Positions 20,982 to 32,261 are shown, counted from the first letter of the stretch. The stretch: 64,000 bases of DNA from Flavobacteriales bacterium (GCA_016713875.1 JADJOI010000003.1:3576069-3640068); one strand, 5' to 3'. Numbers and translations are program-made. The notes: generated from the letters alone by a model not told the origin.

Positions 20982-22113
20982 TTGTCGGGCCGGATGACCC
21001 TCGCCGAGTTCCACAGCCACCTGTTGCCGCGCCTGCGTGCGGAGATCGCCCAGTTGTTCCCGGCCCATTTCGCCTTGGTGATGGCCACGGGCATCGTCTC
21101 CATAGGCGCTTACCAGTTGGGCATGCCCATGGCGGCTCAAGTGTTGTTCGGCTTCAACAAGACAGCCCACCTTATTCTGTGGCTGATGCTCCTGCTCCGG
21201 CTCATCTTCTACAGCGACCGGTTCCTTCGGGACATCTCCGATCACGCCGGAGCCCGGCTTCCTCACCGTGGTGGCCGCCACCAATGTGCTGGGCAGCCAG
21301 TACGCCATCATCGCCGAAGACCCTGGGCCGGCACGCTGGCTCTATTACCTCGGCTTCGCGCTCTACGTGGCCATCATCTACTTCTTCTTCGTGATGATCA
21401 CCGTGAAGCGGGGCAAGCCAACGCTCGAGATGGGGATCAATGGGGTGTGGCTGCTCATGGTGGTGTCTACCCAATCGGTAGTCGTCCTAGGGACCCAACT
21501 GGCCGACCTGCTCTCTTCATCTCCAAGGAAGCGGCCTTGTTCATCTCGATGCTCCTGTTCTTCATCGGATGCATGCTCTACATCATCGCGATCCCTGATC
21601 TTCTACCGCCTCACCTTCTTCGAGATGAGGGCCGAGGAGTGCGCCCCGCCGTTCTGGATCAGCATGGGTGCGGTGGCCATCACCACCCTCGCCGGGGCTA
21701 CTTTGATCAACGCCGCATCCCAGTGGGAGCTGCTGGCCGCTCAAGCATTCATCACCGGCCTCACGCTACTGTTCTGGGGTTTCGGCACCTGGTGGATCCC
21801 GATCATCATCGTGCTCGGGATGTGGCGCCATCTGTACCGCCTGATTCCCATGAGCTACCACCCGCAGTACTGGGGCATGGTATTCCCGATCGGCATGTAC
21901 ACGGTATGCACCTACAGGCTTGCCCAAGCGCTGGAACTCCACTTCCTGCTGCCCATCCCGCAAGCGCTGGTGTACATGTCGCTGTTCGCATGGGCCACCG
22001 TAATGACCATGTGGCTGCGCCTGACCTTGGAGAACTCGCTCTCATTCACCTCAAAACGAGCAAGCCATGAACACGCCCTTCACCACCATCGAGACCCGGC
22101 ACACACCAGTTGA
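20982..22113 (+). pseudogene. TDT family transporter (TehA/Mae1-like), at least 2 frameshifts
   Basis: LFPAHFALVMATGIVSIGAY then a frame switch to VAATNVLGSQYAII...WWIPIIIVLGMWRHL. Confidence 0.65.
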
Positions 22114-22128
22114 ACCGATCAGCCGGCT

Positions 22129-22928
22129 AAAGGAGATGACCGTGCCCGACTTCGAGTCAGTGCCCGGATCCCCGCACGCGCACTATTACGGAGAGGTGGG
22201 CTCCTATCCTTCGACATCAAGCATGTGCGCTACGGGCCCATGAGCGCCGTGCCTTCCATCGTGGGCGACATCCGCGAAGGGGTCAACGGCTCGGTCATTA
22301 AGCTCGAGTTCGACATCGAGGAGCACTACACCATGACCAAGCGGATGTACGGCGCTACGTTGATTCCGTTGAGCCTCATCTTCATCCTGCTGAGCGTGCT
22401 GATGCACTGGGGAACCGAGTACCAATGGCAGAGCCTGACTGCCTCTGGATCCTTCCTGGCGATGTCCCTGCTCATCATCTGGTTCGCCAAGGTCTCCTCA
22501 AGAGCATCCGCAAGAAGGAGCTCGGAGAGTACATAGAGGCCGTGGATGGGCATGTCATGGTGAACACGAGCCTGGGCGACCACAGGCACTCCCTGGAGCT
22601 GAGCCCCCGCCTGAGGCGCTACATCGATCCGGTGCCGGTCGGTCGGTGCCTGCACCATGCGCTGACGTTGGCAGAACGCTTCATGTGGGGCGAGAGCCAG
22701 CAGCAAGCATGGAGACGGCCTGGAAGAACCGGTCGATCACCACTGCGAATTGAGGATGTGAATAAGAGAGCAGGCCGTGCCTTTCCTCACTTCTTCACCG
22801 CCGCTGCCGCAGACTCTAGACTTTGTCCCGCGCTTAGGGTTCAGACCATAGCGAAGAAGGGCCACCGAAGAGGACTGAGCTGGGCTTGGGCAGGGCTATC
22901 GGCTCTTAAACCCACGGTGGGCGGTTAA
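22129..22928 (+). pseudogene. hypothetical membrane protein, frameshifted
   Basis: Three consecutive frames give one continuous-looking protein (MTVPDFESVPG... / ...DIKHVRYGPMSAVPSIVGDIREG...LIIWFAK / GLLKSIRKKELGEYIEAVDGH...). No family assigned. Confidence 0.3.
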
Positions 22929-22934
22929 TCGATC

Positions 22935-24113
22935 GTAGGTCGGGGGTCTTGATCCCCACCATTGAGAAGGAGTGCTTGCGGCCTCTCGCTCACATGCGGG
23001 AACCGCACCATGGACCTGTTGGAGCCCTTCGAGGAACTGGAAGACCCGCGCATCGACCGCACCAAGCGGTATCCGCTGAGCTCGCTCTTGCTGCTGATCC
23101 TCTCGGCGGTGCTCAGCGATTGCCAGGGAGCCAGCGAGATCGCCCACTTCGGCCTGGCCAAGCTCGATTGGTTCAAACGCCACGGCCACTTCACGGATGA
23201 CAAGGTGCCATCGCACGACACGATCGGCGACCTGCTCCGGCGGCTCGATCCGGTGGCCTTCGCCGCCTGCTTCGCCCGGTGGACGGCCCGCGTGTGCCAG
23301 ATCACCGAAGGAGAGCTGGTGGCCAGTGATGGCAAGCGCTTGCGCGGCAGCTACGATCGGCTCGATGGCAAGGAGGCCATCCACATGATCAGCGCATGGA
23401 GCCACCAGAACCAGCTTGTGCTGGGGCAACTGCAAAGTGGATGGCAAGACCAACGAGATCACGGCCATCCCCGCATTGCTTGAAATGCTGGAGTTGAAGG
23501 GTGGTGAGCATCGATGCCATGGGTTGCCAGAAAAAGATCGCAGCACTGATCCAGGAGCGCAAGGCCGACTATCTCCTGGGCTTGAAGGAGAACCAGCCCG
23601 AACTGCTCGAAGAGGTCGCCCTTGCCTTCGTCCATCACAAGACCCACAGCCACGACCAGCAGGACACCAAAGGCCATGGTCGCGTGGAAACACGCGGATG
23701 CGCGAAGTGATCGACGATCCTACGTGCTCTCCGATGCGGCGCATTGGACCGGCTTGCGTTCACTGGTGCGCGTCCAGGCCATCACCCACCGGGTGATCGA
23801 GAGCAAGACCACCAGCCAGACCCGCTACTACCTCTCCAGCCTCAAGACCGATGCACGCAGGTTCAACGCCCTGATACGCGCCCATTGGGGCATCGAGAAC
23901 TCGCTGCACTGGGTCTTGGACGTCACCTTCCAGGAAGACGCCTCCCGCGTGCGGAAGGACCACGCCGATCGCAATCTGGCCACCATCCGCCGATGGGCCC
24001 TCAACCTCTGTAAACTGGACCGGACACCCAAGCTCACCATGAACCTCAAGCGCAAGCAGGCCTCCTACTCAGATGCCTTCCGTGAGCAACTCCTAAGGAT
24101 TAAGACCCGATAG
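22935..24113 (+). mobile_element. ISAs1-family insertion sequence (degraded)
   Basis: Imperfect terminal inverted repeats tcgggggtcttgatcccc (left) and ggattaagacccga (right). The internal transposase matches ISAs1/H-repeat-associated proteins. Confidence 0.7.
23010..24113 (+). pseudogene. ISAs1-family transposase, at least 3 frameshifts
   Basis: MDLLEPFEELEDPRIDRTKRYPLSSLLLLILSAVL...DGKRLRGSYD; then DGKTNEITAIPALLEMLELKG, MGCQKKIAALIQERKADYLLGLKENQPEL, and THRVIESKTTSQTRYYLSSL...HWGIENSLHWVLDVTFQED in different frames. Confidence 0.75.
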
Positions 24114-24129
24114 CCCTGACAGAGCACCA

Positions 24130-24716
24130 TCACACTATCGGATGCCATCGTCGCGGCGGACATTGTGCAGCAAGCTTTCCGCGCGATCGGGCAAGAGGAT
24201 AGCGCCTACACGTACTTGCATCGCATGGTATGGCTGCAGGACAGCCTGACCAACGTGAACAACTTGTACAAGGTGCAAGGCATGACCTTCGAGCAGGAAC
24301 TGAAGGACCACGAGGATGCCAAATTGAAAGCCGAAGCCTCCGCCGCCCGCTCCCGCAACATCCAGTTCGGCATCATCGCCCTCATCGTTCTCACACTGGG
24401 CATCTTCCTGCTGGTGTTCAGCCGTACGGCGGTCGTTGGCGCCAAGGCCATCAAGAACCTCTCGCCGATCGCGCTGCTGCTCTTCTTCGAGTTCATCAAT
24501 CTGCTGCTGCATCCGTTCTTGGACCGCATCACCAACCACTCACCGATCCTGATGCTGTTGTGCATGGCCGCGATCGCAGGGGCTGCTGATCCCGCTGCAC
24601 CACCGCATGGAGAAGCTCATCACCAATATGCTTGTATCGAAGAACAACCGCGTACGATTGGAGGCGGCGAGAAGGACGATCGAGGAGTTGGAGTCCAACA
24701 CCGACAGCGCCCAATG
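24130..24716 (+). pseudogene. TPR/transmembrane paralog A: 5'-truncated by the IS, 1 frameshift
   Basis: Reading frame is open from the IS right end. Contains the conserved TM and C-terminal module (RSRNIQFGIIALIV...FFEFINLLLHPFLDRITNHSPILMLLCMAAIAG). An extra G near 24585 shifts the ...LLIPLHHRMEKLITNMLVSKNNRVRLEAARRTIEELESNTDSAQ* tail. Confidence 0.65.
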
Positions 24717-24720
24717 AGGA

Positions 24721-26146
24721 AGTACATCACGATCGCCCGGCCGGTCGTCTTTGTGTTAGCAAGCATGGTTCACCTCGTGCTATCTGCGCAGCAGTTCGTC
24801 AGTCAACCGCGGTTCGATTCCTTGCGAACGCGCTATGACTTGTCACGGCCGCCGCAAGAGCGTTATTGGATCACCAGCAACCATCGGTGGGCATGTTGGA
24901 ACAGAGGGCTCAAGCAGGAGGCCCGACAGTCTGCCAAAGAGGAGCTTGAACTTGCCGAGCAACTGCAGGTGGACACTTTGCTCGCCAACGCCTACGACGA
25001 CCTGAGCGGAAGCTTTATCGGTTCATCGGAAAGCGCGCTGCAATTGAAGTACTCGCAGAAGGCGCTGGAACATGCGAATGCTTCGGGAAGCCATGACTAT
25101 ATCGGCACCGTGCAGAAGGGCTTTGCCTCCATCTATAAGCCGTTGGGAGACTTTCCCCTGGCCAGACTACTTGAGGAAGGCGTTGACCAACCTGCGCCGA
25201 CCATCGCAGATCAATCGGGCGTGTTGTCATATGAGCGATTGTTTCAGGTTGATGGGGCAAGCCGATTCCGCGCTGTACTGGGCGCAGCGGTCGAACATTG
25301 TGACCAACCCGGCTGAGGATACGTACGGCTACGCGCTCGTATTATGTGCCTTGGGCGGCCTATGCGGCCAAGGGCGAACGCGACTTGGCCGAGGTGCATT
25401 TCAAGCGTTGCATCGAGGTGGCTGAGTCGTTCAAGGTGATGGTTCCGCTCTATGCAGCGCTGGTTGCCCGTGGGCGCATGAAGCTGGAGGCGGAGGACGT
25501 GGAGGGAGCGATCGCCGATGGCCGACGGGGCTTGAAGGTGAGCCAGGACGGGGACGATCTGGTCGGTATGATCGAGTCAACAGAGCTGCTGCGTGATGCC
25601 TTCAAACGCATTGGTCGCCTCGATAGCGCATTCCACTTCTTCACATTTAAAGCGGCCTATGACGACAGTTTGAGGAACGTGACCAACCTGAACAAGCTAC
25701 AGAACATGGCCTTCGAGCAGGAGCTGAAGGATCGAGAGGATGCGAAGCTGAAGGCCGAAGCCGCAGAGGCCCGCTCCCGCAACATCCAGTTCGGCATCAT
25801 CGCCCTCATCGTGATCACGCTGGGCATCTTCCTGCTGGTGTTCAGCCGAACGGCGGTGGGGGCGCCAAGGCCATCAAGAACCCTCTCGCTCATCGCGCTG
25901 CTGCTCTTCTTCGAGTTCATCAATCTGCTGCTGCATCCGTTCTTGGACCGCATCACCAACCACTCGCCGATCCTCATGCTGCTTTGCATGGCCGCCATAG
26001 CAGGGTTGTTGATCCCACTGCACCACCGCATGGAGAAGCTCATCACCAACATGCTTGTATCGAAGAACAACCGCGTACGATTGGAAGCGGCGCGGCGGAC
26101 GCATCGAAGAGTTGGAAGCAAGGCCAACAGACACGGGCCCGAGATG
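24721..26146 (+). pseudogene. TPR/transmembrane paralog B, at least 3 frameshifts
   Basis: Signal peptide MRKYITIARPVVFVLASMVHLVLSAQ. The TPR-like body is spread over 3 frames. Conserved TM/C-terminal module at 25700-26100. The tail RRT(I)EELE is shifted. Confidence 0.6.
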
Positions 26147-26185
26147 ATGGGAATGATGCGTAACACACCTCAAGGACGATCGATC

Positions 26186-27917
26186 ATGAAGGTGGTCCGG
26201 CTGCTCTGTGCGGTTGTCATCATGAGCACCATCGGAGATCTGCGTGCACAGCCTTTCGATACGATTCAAACGCGGTTCAGCACGCTGCCGTTGGAAGAAC
26301 TGATCGTACGGGAAAAAAGCGACCACCGACGCGCGTGAGAAGGTCGCGCTGCTCTCCAGGCTCGTAATGAAGTACCTGTACCTCAACAAGCAGGACGAAT
26401 GCACGAGCACCTCGATCCGCACGCTTGAGGTGGCCGAACCCACCAGGAACGACACGCTTATCGGCAGGGCGCATCTGGCCATCGGGTCGGCATTCACCAT
26501 CGCCAATGACGTGAACGGGGCATTGAAGCATTACAACTTATCGCTCGACCACTACACAAGTGCTGGTGACAGTATTTGGATGGGCGCGGTGTGCAAGGAG
26601 CTCGCCGTGCTCTATCAACGCGTGGGCGACAATGATGGCTCCATGCGCTACATGCGCAAAGCGCTGGCTTTGGGCATGCCCCCCGGGATCCGTTCGCGAG
26701 GGCTGTCAACAATAGCCCGGGTCTTCATGGACCGTGGCGAGCTCGATTCCGCGCTGTACTACACCAAGCAAGTGGAAATGGTCGGTTCACCAGGCGTGGA
26801 CCCATGGACCTACACGTATTCGAACGGTGCGCTTGCCGCAGTGTATGCGGCCCGGAAAGAGAACCATCTGGCCGAGCTGCATTTCAAGCGCACGATCGCC
26901 GCTGCTGATTCGTTCCAACTACCGCTTCCCCTCGTTCAGTTCGCTTCGGAGTATGCTTCCTTGCTCATGGAACAGGGCCGCACAGCGGAGGCGCAATCCA
27001 TCGCGCAATTGGCTTTCCGAGCCGCAGAAGGGGTGAGCAACCCAGGGATGGCGCAGAGAGCTGCCGAAGCCCTGGCCGATGCATACCATGCGAACGGCAG
27101 GACGGATAGCGCGTTCCATTACGCGAAGCTCTGCATCTCATTTCGCGACAGCGTTATCTCCACGCAGAACCGCAGCCAGCTCCAGAGCCAGCTCTTCGCG
27201 CAGCAGCTCAAGGACATGGAGGATGCCAAATTGCGCGCGGAGGAAGTCGCGACCCGCTCCCGCAACATCCAGTTCGGCATCATCGCCCTCATCGTTATCA
27301 CGCTGGGCATCTTCCTGCTGGTGTTCAGCCGCACGGCGGTGGTCGGCGCCAAGGCGATCAAGAACCTTTCGCTCATCGCGCTGCTGCTCTTCTTTGAGTT
27401 CATCAATCTACTGGTGCATCCTGTACTGGGTGAACTCACGCACCACTCGCCGTTGCTGATGCTGCTGTGCATGGCCGCCATCGCCGCGTTGCTCATCCCG
27501 CTGCACCACCGCATGGAGAAGCTCATCACCAACATGCTCGTGAGCAAGAACAACCGGGTGCGGTTGGAGGCGGCGCGGCGGACGATCGAGGAGTTGGAGG
27601 GGGCGGGGAAGGGGAGGCCGATGCGGCGGGTTGAACACGGACTGGTCGTGCTCCACTGTCGAGCAATCAGGGATCACAGTTCCCGTTCGAACTGCGGAGC
27701 GAAATGCTCCTCTCAACGGGCTGCGATCGCATCCAACCGTTCGAGAATGCGGCGCAGCAGCACCACGGTCTCCTCACTGGCCGCTGAGGAAGGACTGGTT
27801 TGTTCAGGTTCGCGCCCATGCTTCAAGGCTTCGCGCTGTGCCAGGATCCGGTCGCGGAACTCGTGCGCGTCGATGATGCCGATCAACCGCATGTCGTGCG
27901 CTTGTCCCTGGCTCTGA
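26186..27917 (+). pseudogene. TPR/transmembrane paralog C, frameshift near 26320 and unresolved 3' end
   Basis: Signal peptide MKVVRLLCAVVIMSTIGDLRAQ in one frame; MKYLYLNKQDE...TPR body...RSRNIQFGIIALIVITLGIFLLVF...LHHRMEKLITNMLVSKNNRVRLEAARRTIEELE in the next. The ORF then overruns into the opposite-strand gene, which is likely spurious. Confidence 0.6.
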
Positions 27918-28252
27918 CCGGCCGTCTCGAACTTCAGGATGCTCAGGTTGAAGTGCTTGAGCAGAGGACCCTCCACGAAAGTCACATCCTGGATGTTCTC
28001 CAACGGGATCGTCTTCTCGATCTGGAACAGGATGCCCTTGCGGTAGCGCAGCAGCTTCGGCCCCAACTCGCATTCCAACTTATCGAAGTAATGGCGGGCC
28101 CACCATTGACCCACACCAAGCACCCAGATCACGGCCAGCGGAATGCACACGACCGTTGCAGCAAGGAATAGGGCGACCTGAAGCACCAGGTACGGTCGTA
28201 TGAGCGGGTTGAAGCGCGCGCGTAGCGGTTCGGGCGGGGTAACGTCGGTCAT
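27713..28252 (-). CDS. bacterial PH domain (bPH_2/YdbS-like) membrane protein
   Basis: Two TM helices then GILFQIEKTIPLENIQDVTFVEGPLLKHFNLSILKFETAG. Only the last 179 aa of the 341-aa track ORF are credible. Confidence 0.65.
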   Translation of the reverse strand: MTDVTPPEPLRARFNPLIRPYLVLQVALFLAATVVCIPLAVIWVLGVGQWWARHYFDKLECELGPKLLRYRKGILFQIEKTIPLENIQDVTFVEGPLLKHFNLSILKFETAGQSQGQAHDMRLIGIIDAHEFRDRILAQREALKHGREPEQTSPSSAASEETVVLLRRILERLDAIAAR

Positions 28253-28339
28253 GCGCCTTTTCGTGTTTCTGTGGTGGCCAATGCCGAATGTACCGGTTCC
28301 CACCAGTCGGGTCGCTTGTTGTCCGCTAGCCTTGCACTG

Positions 28340-28440
28340 AAGAGGATCGTTGAAAGCGGCGAGAAGGACGATCGAGGAGTTGGAGTCCACCTCCGCCACG
28401 GCTTCTGCGGATGAAAGGGCGGGAAAGGGTGAGGCGCCGT
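28340..28440 (+). repeat. orphan 3' end of the TPR/TM paralog family (…AARRTIEELESTSATASADERAGKGEAP*)
   Basis: Shares aagaaggacgatcgaggagttggag with the 3' ends at 24670, 26095 and 27580. No gene body upstream. Confidence 0.6.
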
Positions 28441-28479
28441 AGATCCGGTCAGTGGTACTATGCCCGTGCCGTTGGTGGT

Positions 28480-30308
28480 TCAGCGACAGCTCGAGGATCG
28501 ATCCGCCCTCAGCGGGTTCGTGAGGCTGCCTGCACCAGATGCGTCTTGAAGCAGCAGGATCGCATGCGCCGATCCCGGTTCGTCCGTGTCGATGGGATCT
28601 GCTTCGGAAACGTTGTACCACGTCGAGTGGACCGTCGAAGCACTTCCGGGAAGGACACCAGCGGCCATCCGATCGCGTGCGCGCTGGATGGTTTCCTCGC
28701 GCCATGCGCCTGCCGGGTGCCACGGTGTGATCGTGCAAGCGGCGATCCCATCGTGCTTCATGGCGAAAGGCAATGCGCGTTCACCGGTCGGTTCAAACGA
28801 TGGTTCGCTATCAAGCACGATGTCAGGAACGACACCCTCCAGTTGCACACTGGTCCCCGATGGTCGGAAGAAGAGGCCCACGGTGATCTTGGCGGAACCA
28901 GTGGAGGTCACTGCGCCATCAGCATCAGCGATCGGCGCGAGGGGCACCATGTTCTGGATGGTGCCTTTGCCGTAGGTCCGAGGTCCACCCAGCACCACGG
29001 CGCGCTTGTGGTCCTGCAAGGCGGCCGCGAAGAACTCAGAGGCCGATGCGCTGTGCTCGTTCACGAGCACGACGAGCGGTCCTCGATAGCGGGCCCGCTC
29101 CGGGGTCGTCGAAAGCACGCGCACGGTGCCGTCACGGGGCAAGGCGCTGCGCGACGGGTCCCGCATCGAGAAAGAGGCCGAGGATGTGGATGGTCTCGCT
29201 CATGCTGCCGCCCTGGTTGTCGCGCAGGTCGATGGCGAGGCCGCCGATCCCTGCGTACAGGAGGGTGTCGAGCAGTTCCGCGACGTCCTGGGAACAGCGC
29301 GGCGCGCTCCCGCCGGACAGGTCGGTATAGAAGCGCGGCAAGGTGATCACACCGATGGGTGGACCGGCACCACGCACCACACATGCCCGCGCCTGGCCCG
29401 CCGCAGGGTGGATGAGCGCGCGTTCCAGGACCACGGTCCGTTGTTCGCCGTCCGCCTGGCGAAGGATCAGCTCCAGCGTGCTTCCGGCCGGGCCACGAAG
29501 CAGGTCCACCGTTGCGTCGATGGAAAGACCAGGCACCGGCACGGGTGCGGCGTTCAGCTCGCGCACCGTCAGCAGCTCATCGCCCATGGCCAATGCACCG
29601 CCCAACGCCGCGGGGCCGCCGGGTTCCATCGACCCGATGCGGATGCGGCCATCGGTGCTCGACAGCGTGACACCGATGCCGACGAAGCTCTGCGTCATCG
29701 CATGGTCGAAGCCCGTACGCTCTTCCGCCGACAGGTAGGTGCTTTGTGCGTCATGCACGTTCGCCAGCGTGCCAAGGAAAAGGTCCATGCGTTCTTCACG
29801 TCCGCGCTCGATCCGGGCGCGCAGGTCGTTCTGTGCGCGGGCCCGCACAAGGGCCCTGGCCTCATCTGCGGAACCGCCCAGGGCAGCACGGACCTCCGAG
29901 CTGCGTTCGGCGAGTCGGCAATGCCAGCGTCGGTCCGGTTCTGCGTGCGCAGTGGGCGTGCCGTCCCCATCGACCAGTGCCAGGGCGCAACAGACCGGCG
30001 TACATCAGGCTGTCGCAGCGATGCACGAACGATGGCACACCGTGCGCCAGTTGGTCATCGATGTGCAAGCGATCGCTGGCCAGAATTTCGCGCTCTGGCG
30101 CTGAGAGATAGAGGGTGTCCGGGTCAAGGGTGCGCAGGTAGCTGTCGAAGACGTCCGCTGAGAACCGGTCGTCGATGGCTCGTGGCGCGAAGTGCCGCTC
30201 CCGCAGGATCGTCATCAGCTCGGCGATGCGCGCGCTGTCGGCGTCCAGTTGCGCGGGGCAGAAAGTGCAGCAGGACAGGCAAAGAGCGAATCCCGTGATG
30301 CGTAGCAT
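28480..30308 (-). pseudogene. S41 family C-terminal processing peptidase, at least 2 frameshifts
   Basis: N-terminus ELMTILRERHFAPRAIDDRFSADVFDSYLRTLDPDTLYL. PDZ region; GVITLPRFY...DLRDNQGGS; LVVLVNEHSASASEFFAAALQDHKRAVVLGGPRTYGKGTIQ. Spread over three frames. Confidence 0.75.
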
Positions 30309-30419
30309 GATCCGAAGGTATCGGCAGTGGCATGCGTGGGATCCAAGGAACTGTTAATGGCCGGTTGCTGTTAGTGGTAACGGAGCGGGTTGCTGCATGA
30401 AGGCGAAAGTCAGCGCGCA

Positions 30420-30490
30420 TCTCTCCAAAGGCTGGAGTCGGTAAGAAGGACGATCGAGGAGTTGGAAGGTGGGCCGCGCAAGGACTAACC
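30420..30490 (+). repeat. second orphan 3' end of the TPR/TM paralog family (…RRTIEELEGGPRKD*)
   Basis: Same 24-bp core gtaagaaggacgatcgaggagttgga. Isolated. Confidence 0.55.
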
Positions 30491-30543
30491 CCATATCGCG
30501 TCCCAAAGCCCCTCGATGATATCGGGGTCTTGAGCCTCCGTTG

Positions 30544-31416
30544 TCAACGGACCATGACGCGCTCAACGAACCATTCACCTCGACCCGAACTGAACTGCAA
30601 GACATACGCGCCTGGGCGATCGAACGTAATGACCTGTTCGCCACGGACGGTCTGCGCGCTCAATTGCCGTCCGGTCGCGTCGAAGACGGTCATGGAGCCT
30701 TCAACCCCAGTAATGAAGACCGGCTCTCCGCGGGAGGCCAGGGAAGGTCTGATCCACGATCCGGCCTCTTCACGCTCTCCGATCCCGACCCCCAGCGTGC
30801 ATTGCGCGACCAATGGGTTCTGCCAGGTGATATCCGTATCCTCATAACACCGAAGACCCGCGAAGACCTCGCCATCGCAGACGCCATAGAGCCAGGCGAA
30901 CGGCGCGATCAGATTTCCGAGCCGCTCCGTGACCGTACCTCCGAAACCGAAGCTGGACCACTGCCTGGACTCCACGCTCACTTCCAGGCTGCGCAGCGAA
31001 AGTCCATCCACCCAGATCAGGCTCGTATCCAGCACGGTCCAATCGAGTGTATCCTGCTGACCGATCTGCACCACCGGAGTGGACCACACATCACCGATGG
31101 CCGCGTTCCATCGAAAGACCAGATGATGCTGGCCTGTGCTTGATCCGAAGTAGAACAGGGAGTCCTGCGACTCCGAGAGGAACTGGGCAAGTTGATGACA
31201 GCCGAACCAACCCTCGTTGATCTGGAGCTTCTTGCATATTCGGCCCTCGATGAGCGTGTCGCCCGTCACCTCGATCACCATCAGGGCGGTATCTGGACCG
31301 CCCCAATGAGCCTGCTTGTAGGTCCATTTCGCACCGGTCGGAGCGAACGTCGTCTGCGCATGCATCGAGGTCGCGACAAGAGCGGCGCTGAGCGTGAGGA
31401 TCTGCCCGTTGGTCAT
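30544..31416 (-). CDS. T9SS-sorted secreted protein (paralog of 12078-13526)
   Basis: Signal peptide MTNGQILTLSAALVATSMHAQ. FAPTGAKWTY and CDGE..LRCY motifs shared with 12078-13526. C-terminal ...GAYVLQFSSGRGEWFVERVMVR. Confidence 0.6.
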   Translation of the reverse strand: MTNGQILTLSAALVATSMHAQTTFAPTGAKWTYKQAHWGGPDTALMVIEVTGDTLIEGRICKKLQINEGWFGCHQLAQFLSESQDSLFYFGSSTGQHHLVFRWNAAIGDVWSTPVVQIGQQDTLDWTVLDTSLIWVDGLSLRSLEVSVESRQWSSFGFGGTVTERLGNLIAPFAWLYGVCDGEVFAGLRCYEDTDITWQNPLVAQCTLGVGIGEREEAGSWIRPSLASRGEPVFITGVEGSMTVFDATGRQLSAQTVRGEQVITFDRPGAYVLQFSSGRGEWFVERVMVR

Positions 31417-31494
31417 GGCATGGTGAAGATAGACCAACTGGACGCGTTTCCAGGGCGAAGTGCTGCCCGGGATCAGGCCGGACCCCCCCACCCC

Positions 31495-31620
31495 CTCCAA
31501 CGCCACCTTCGCCCCATGCACAGCCTGCCCCGCGCATTTGGCGGGGTTCTTCACGACCTGTCCCGCCTTAGCGGGATCCAGCACGCTGATCCGCAAGGTG
31601 CCTGACACATCGCGGACGTT
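31495..31620 (-). repeat. mfd 3'-end-like fragment F5 (orphan, hairpin-containing)
   Basis: Minus-strand translation ...GTLRISVLDPAKAGQVVKNPAKCAGQAVHGAKVALEGVGG is homologous to the Mfd C-terminus (KFKVYEKAGTLRVSVQD...). Contains the stems ccccgcgcatttggcgggg and tcccgcc..gcggga. Confidence 0.7.
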
Positions 31621-31630
31621 CGGGAGCCTT

Positions 31631-32002
31631 TAGAGCAGATGCAGCGTGAGTTCGTTCTTGAGCTTCTTGAAGTGCTTGTCTTCCGTGACGAGCGGTACTC
31701 CGGAGCCGGATGGCGGTCGCCGCGATCAGCGCATCGGCGAGTTTCATTCGATAACGAGCACGGAAGTCCATGGCTGCTGACTTGATCCCGTCGTCGAGGT
31801 CCACGATCTTGATGAATGCCAGGTCGGCGGTCACTTTCGCACGCTCATGGGCCGTGTAGCCATGAAAGCCGAGTATTTCGATCTCGGTGACGAAGGAGAC
31901 GTGGATGATCGTGTCTTCGAGCAGCGGCGTTGTGCGCGCATCGCCGTCCCAGTGGTGGATCAATACGTTGGTGTCGACCAGCAACGACTTAGCGGTCATC
32001 AC
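31631..32002 (-). pseudogene. vapC: PIN-domain toxin VapC, 1 frameshift near 31690
   Basis: MMTAKSLLVDTNVLIHH...ADALIAATAIRL, then a frame switch to PLVTEDKHFKKLKNELTLHLL*. Confidence 0.65.
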
Positions 32003-32213
32003 GCATGGTCTTCAAATACTCCTTCATACGCTCCGCTATGCCGGGGATCATCCCGGAGGAGCGCTTGGCATCGTAGCCTTTCTGCTTCTGCCGTTTGGAT
32101 GTTGTTCTCGGGGTCGTCTTTCGTGCGTATACGGCCTGCGGGTCGCTCACCACGGTAAGCGCCTTCTCCGAAGTCTGCTTGGGTTTCTTTGGTCGCTTTG
32201 AGCTGGTGGCCAT
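31989..32213 (-). CDS. vapB: VapB-type antitoxin (small basic protein overlapping vapC start)
   Basis: 74 aa. Ends MIPGIAERMKEYLKTMRDDR with a 14-bp overlap of the vapC start codon region. Confidence 0.45.
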   Translation of the reverse strand: MATSSKRPKKPKQTSEKALTVVSDPQAVYARKTTPRTTSKRQKQKGYDAKRSSGMIPGIAERMKEYLKTMRDDR

Positions 32214-32261
32214 GGATCGAAGATAGGTCAGGCCACCTCCTTCACCCCCACCACACTCTCC

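Noticed and set aside
27713-28738. 341-aa version of the YdbS-like ORF
   Set aside because: Only the last 179 aa (from MTDVTPP…) look protein-like. The upstream part is Arg/His-rich junk overlapping paralog C's tail.
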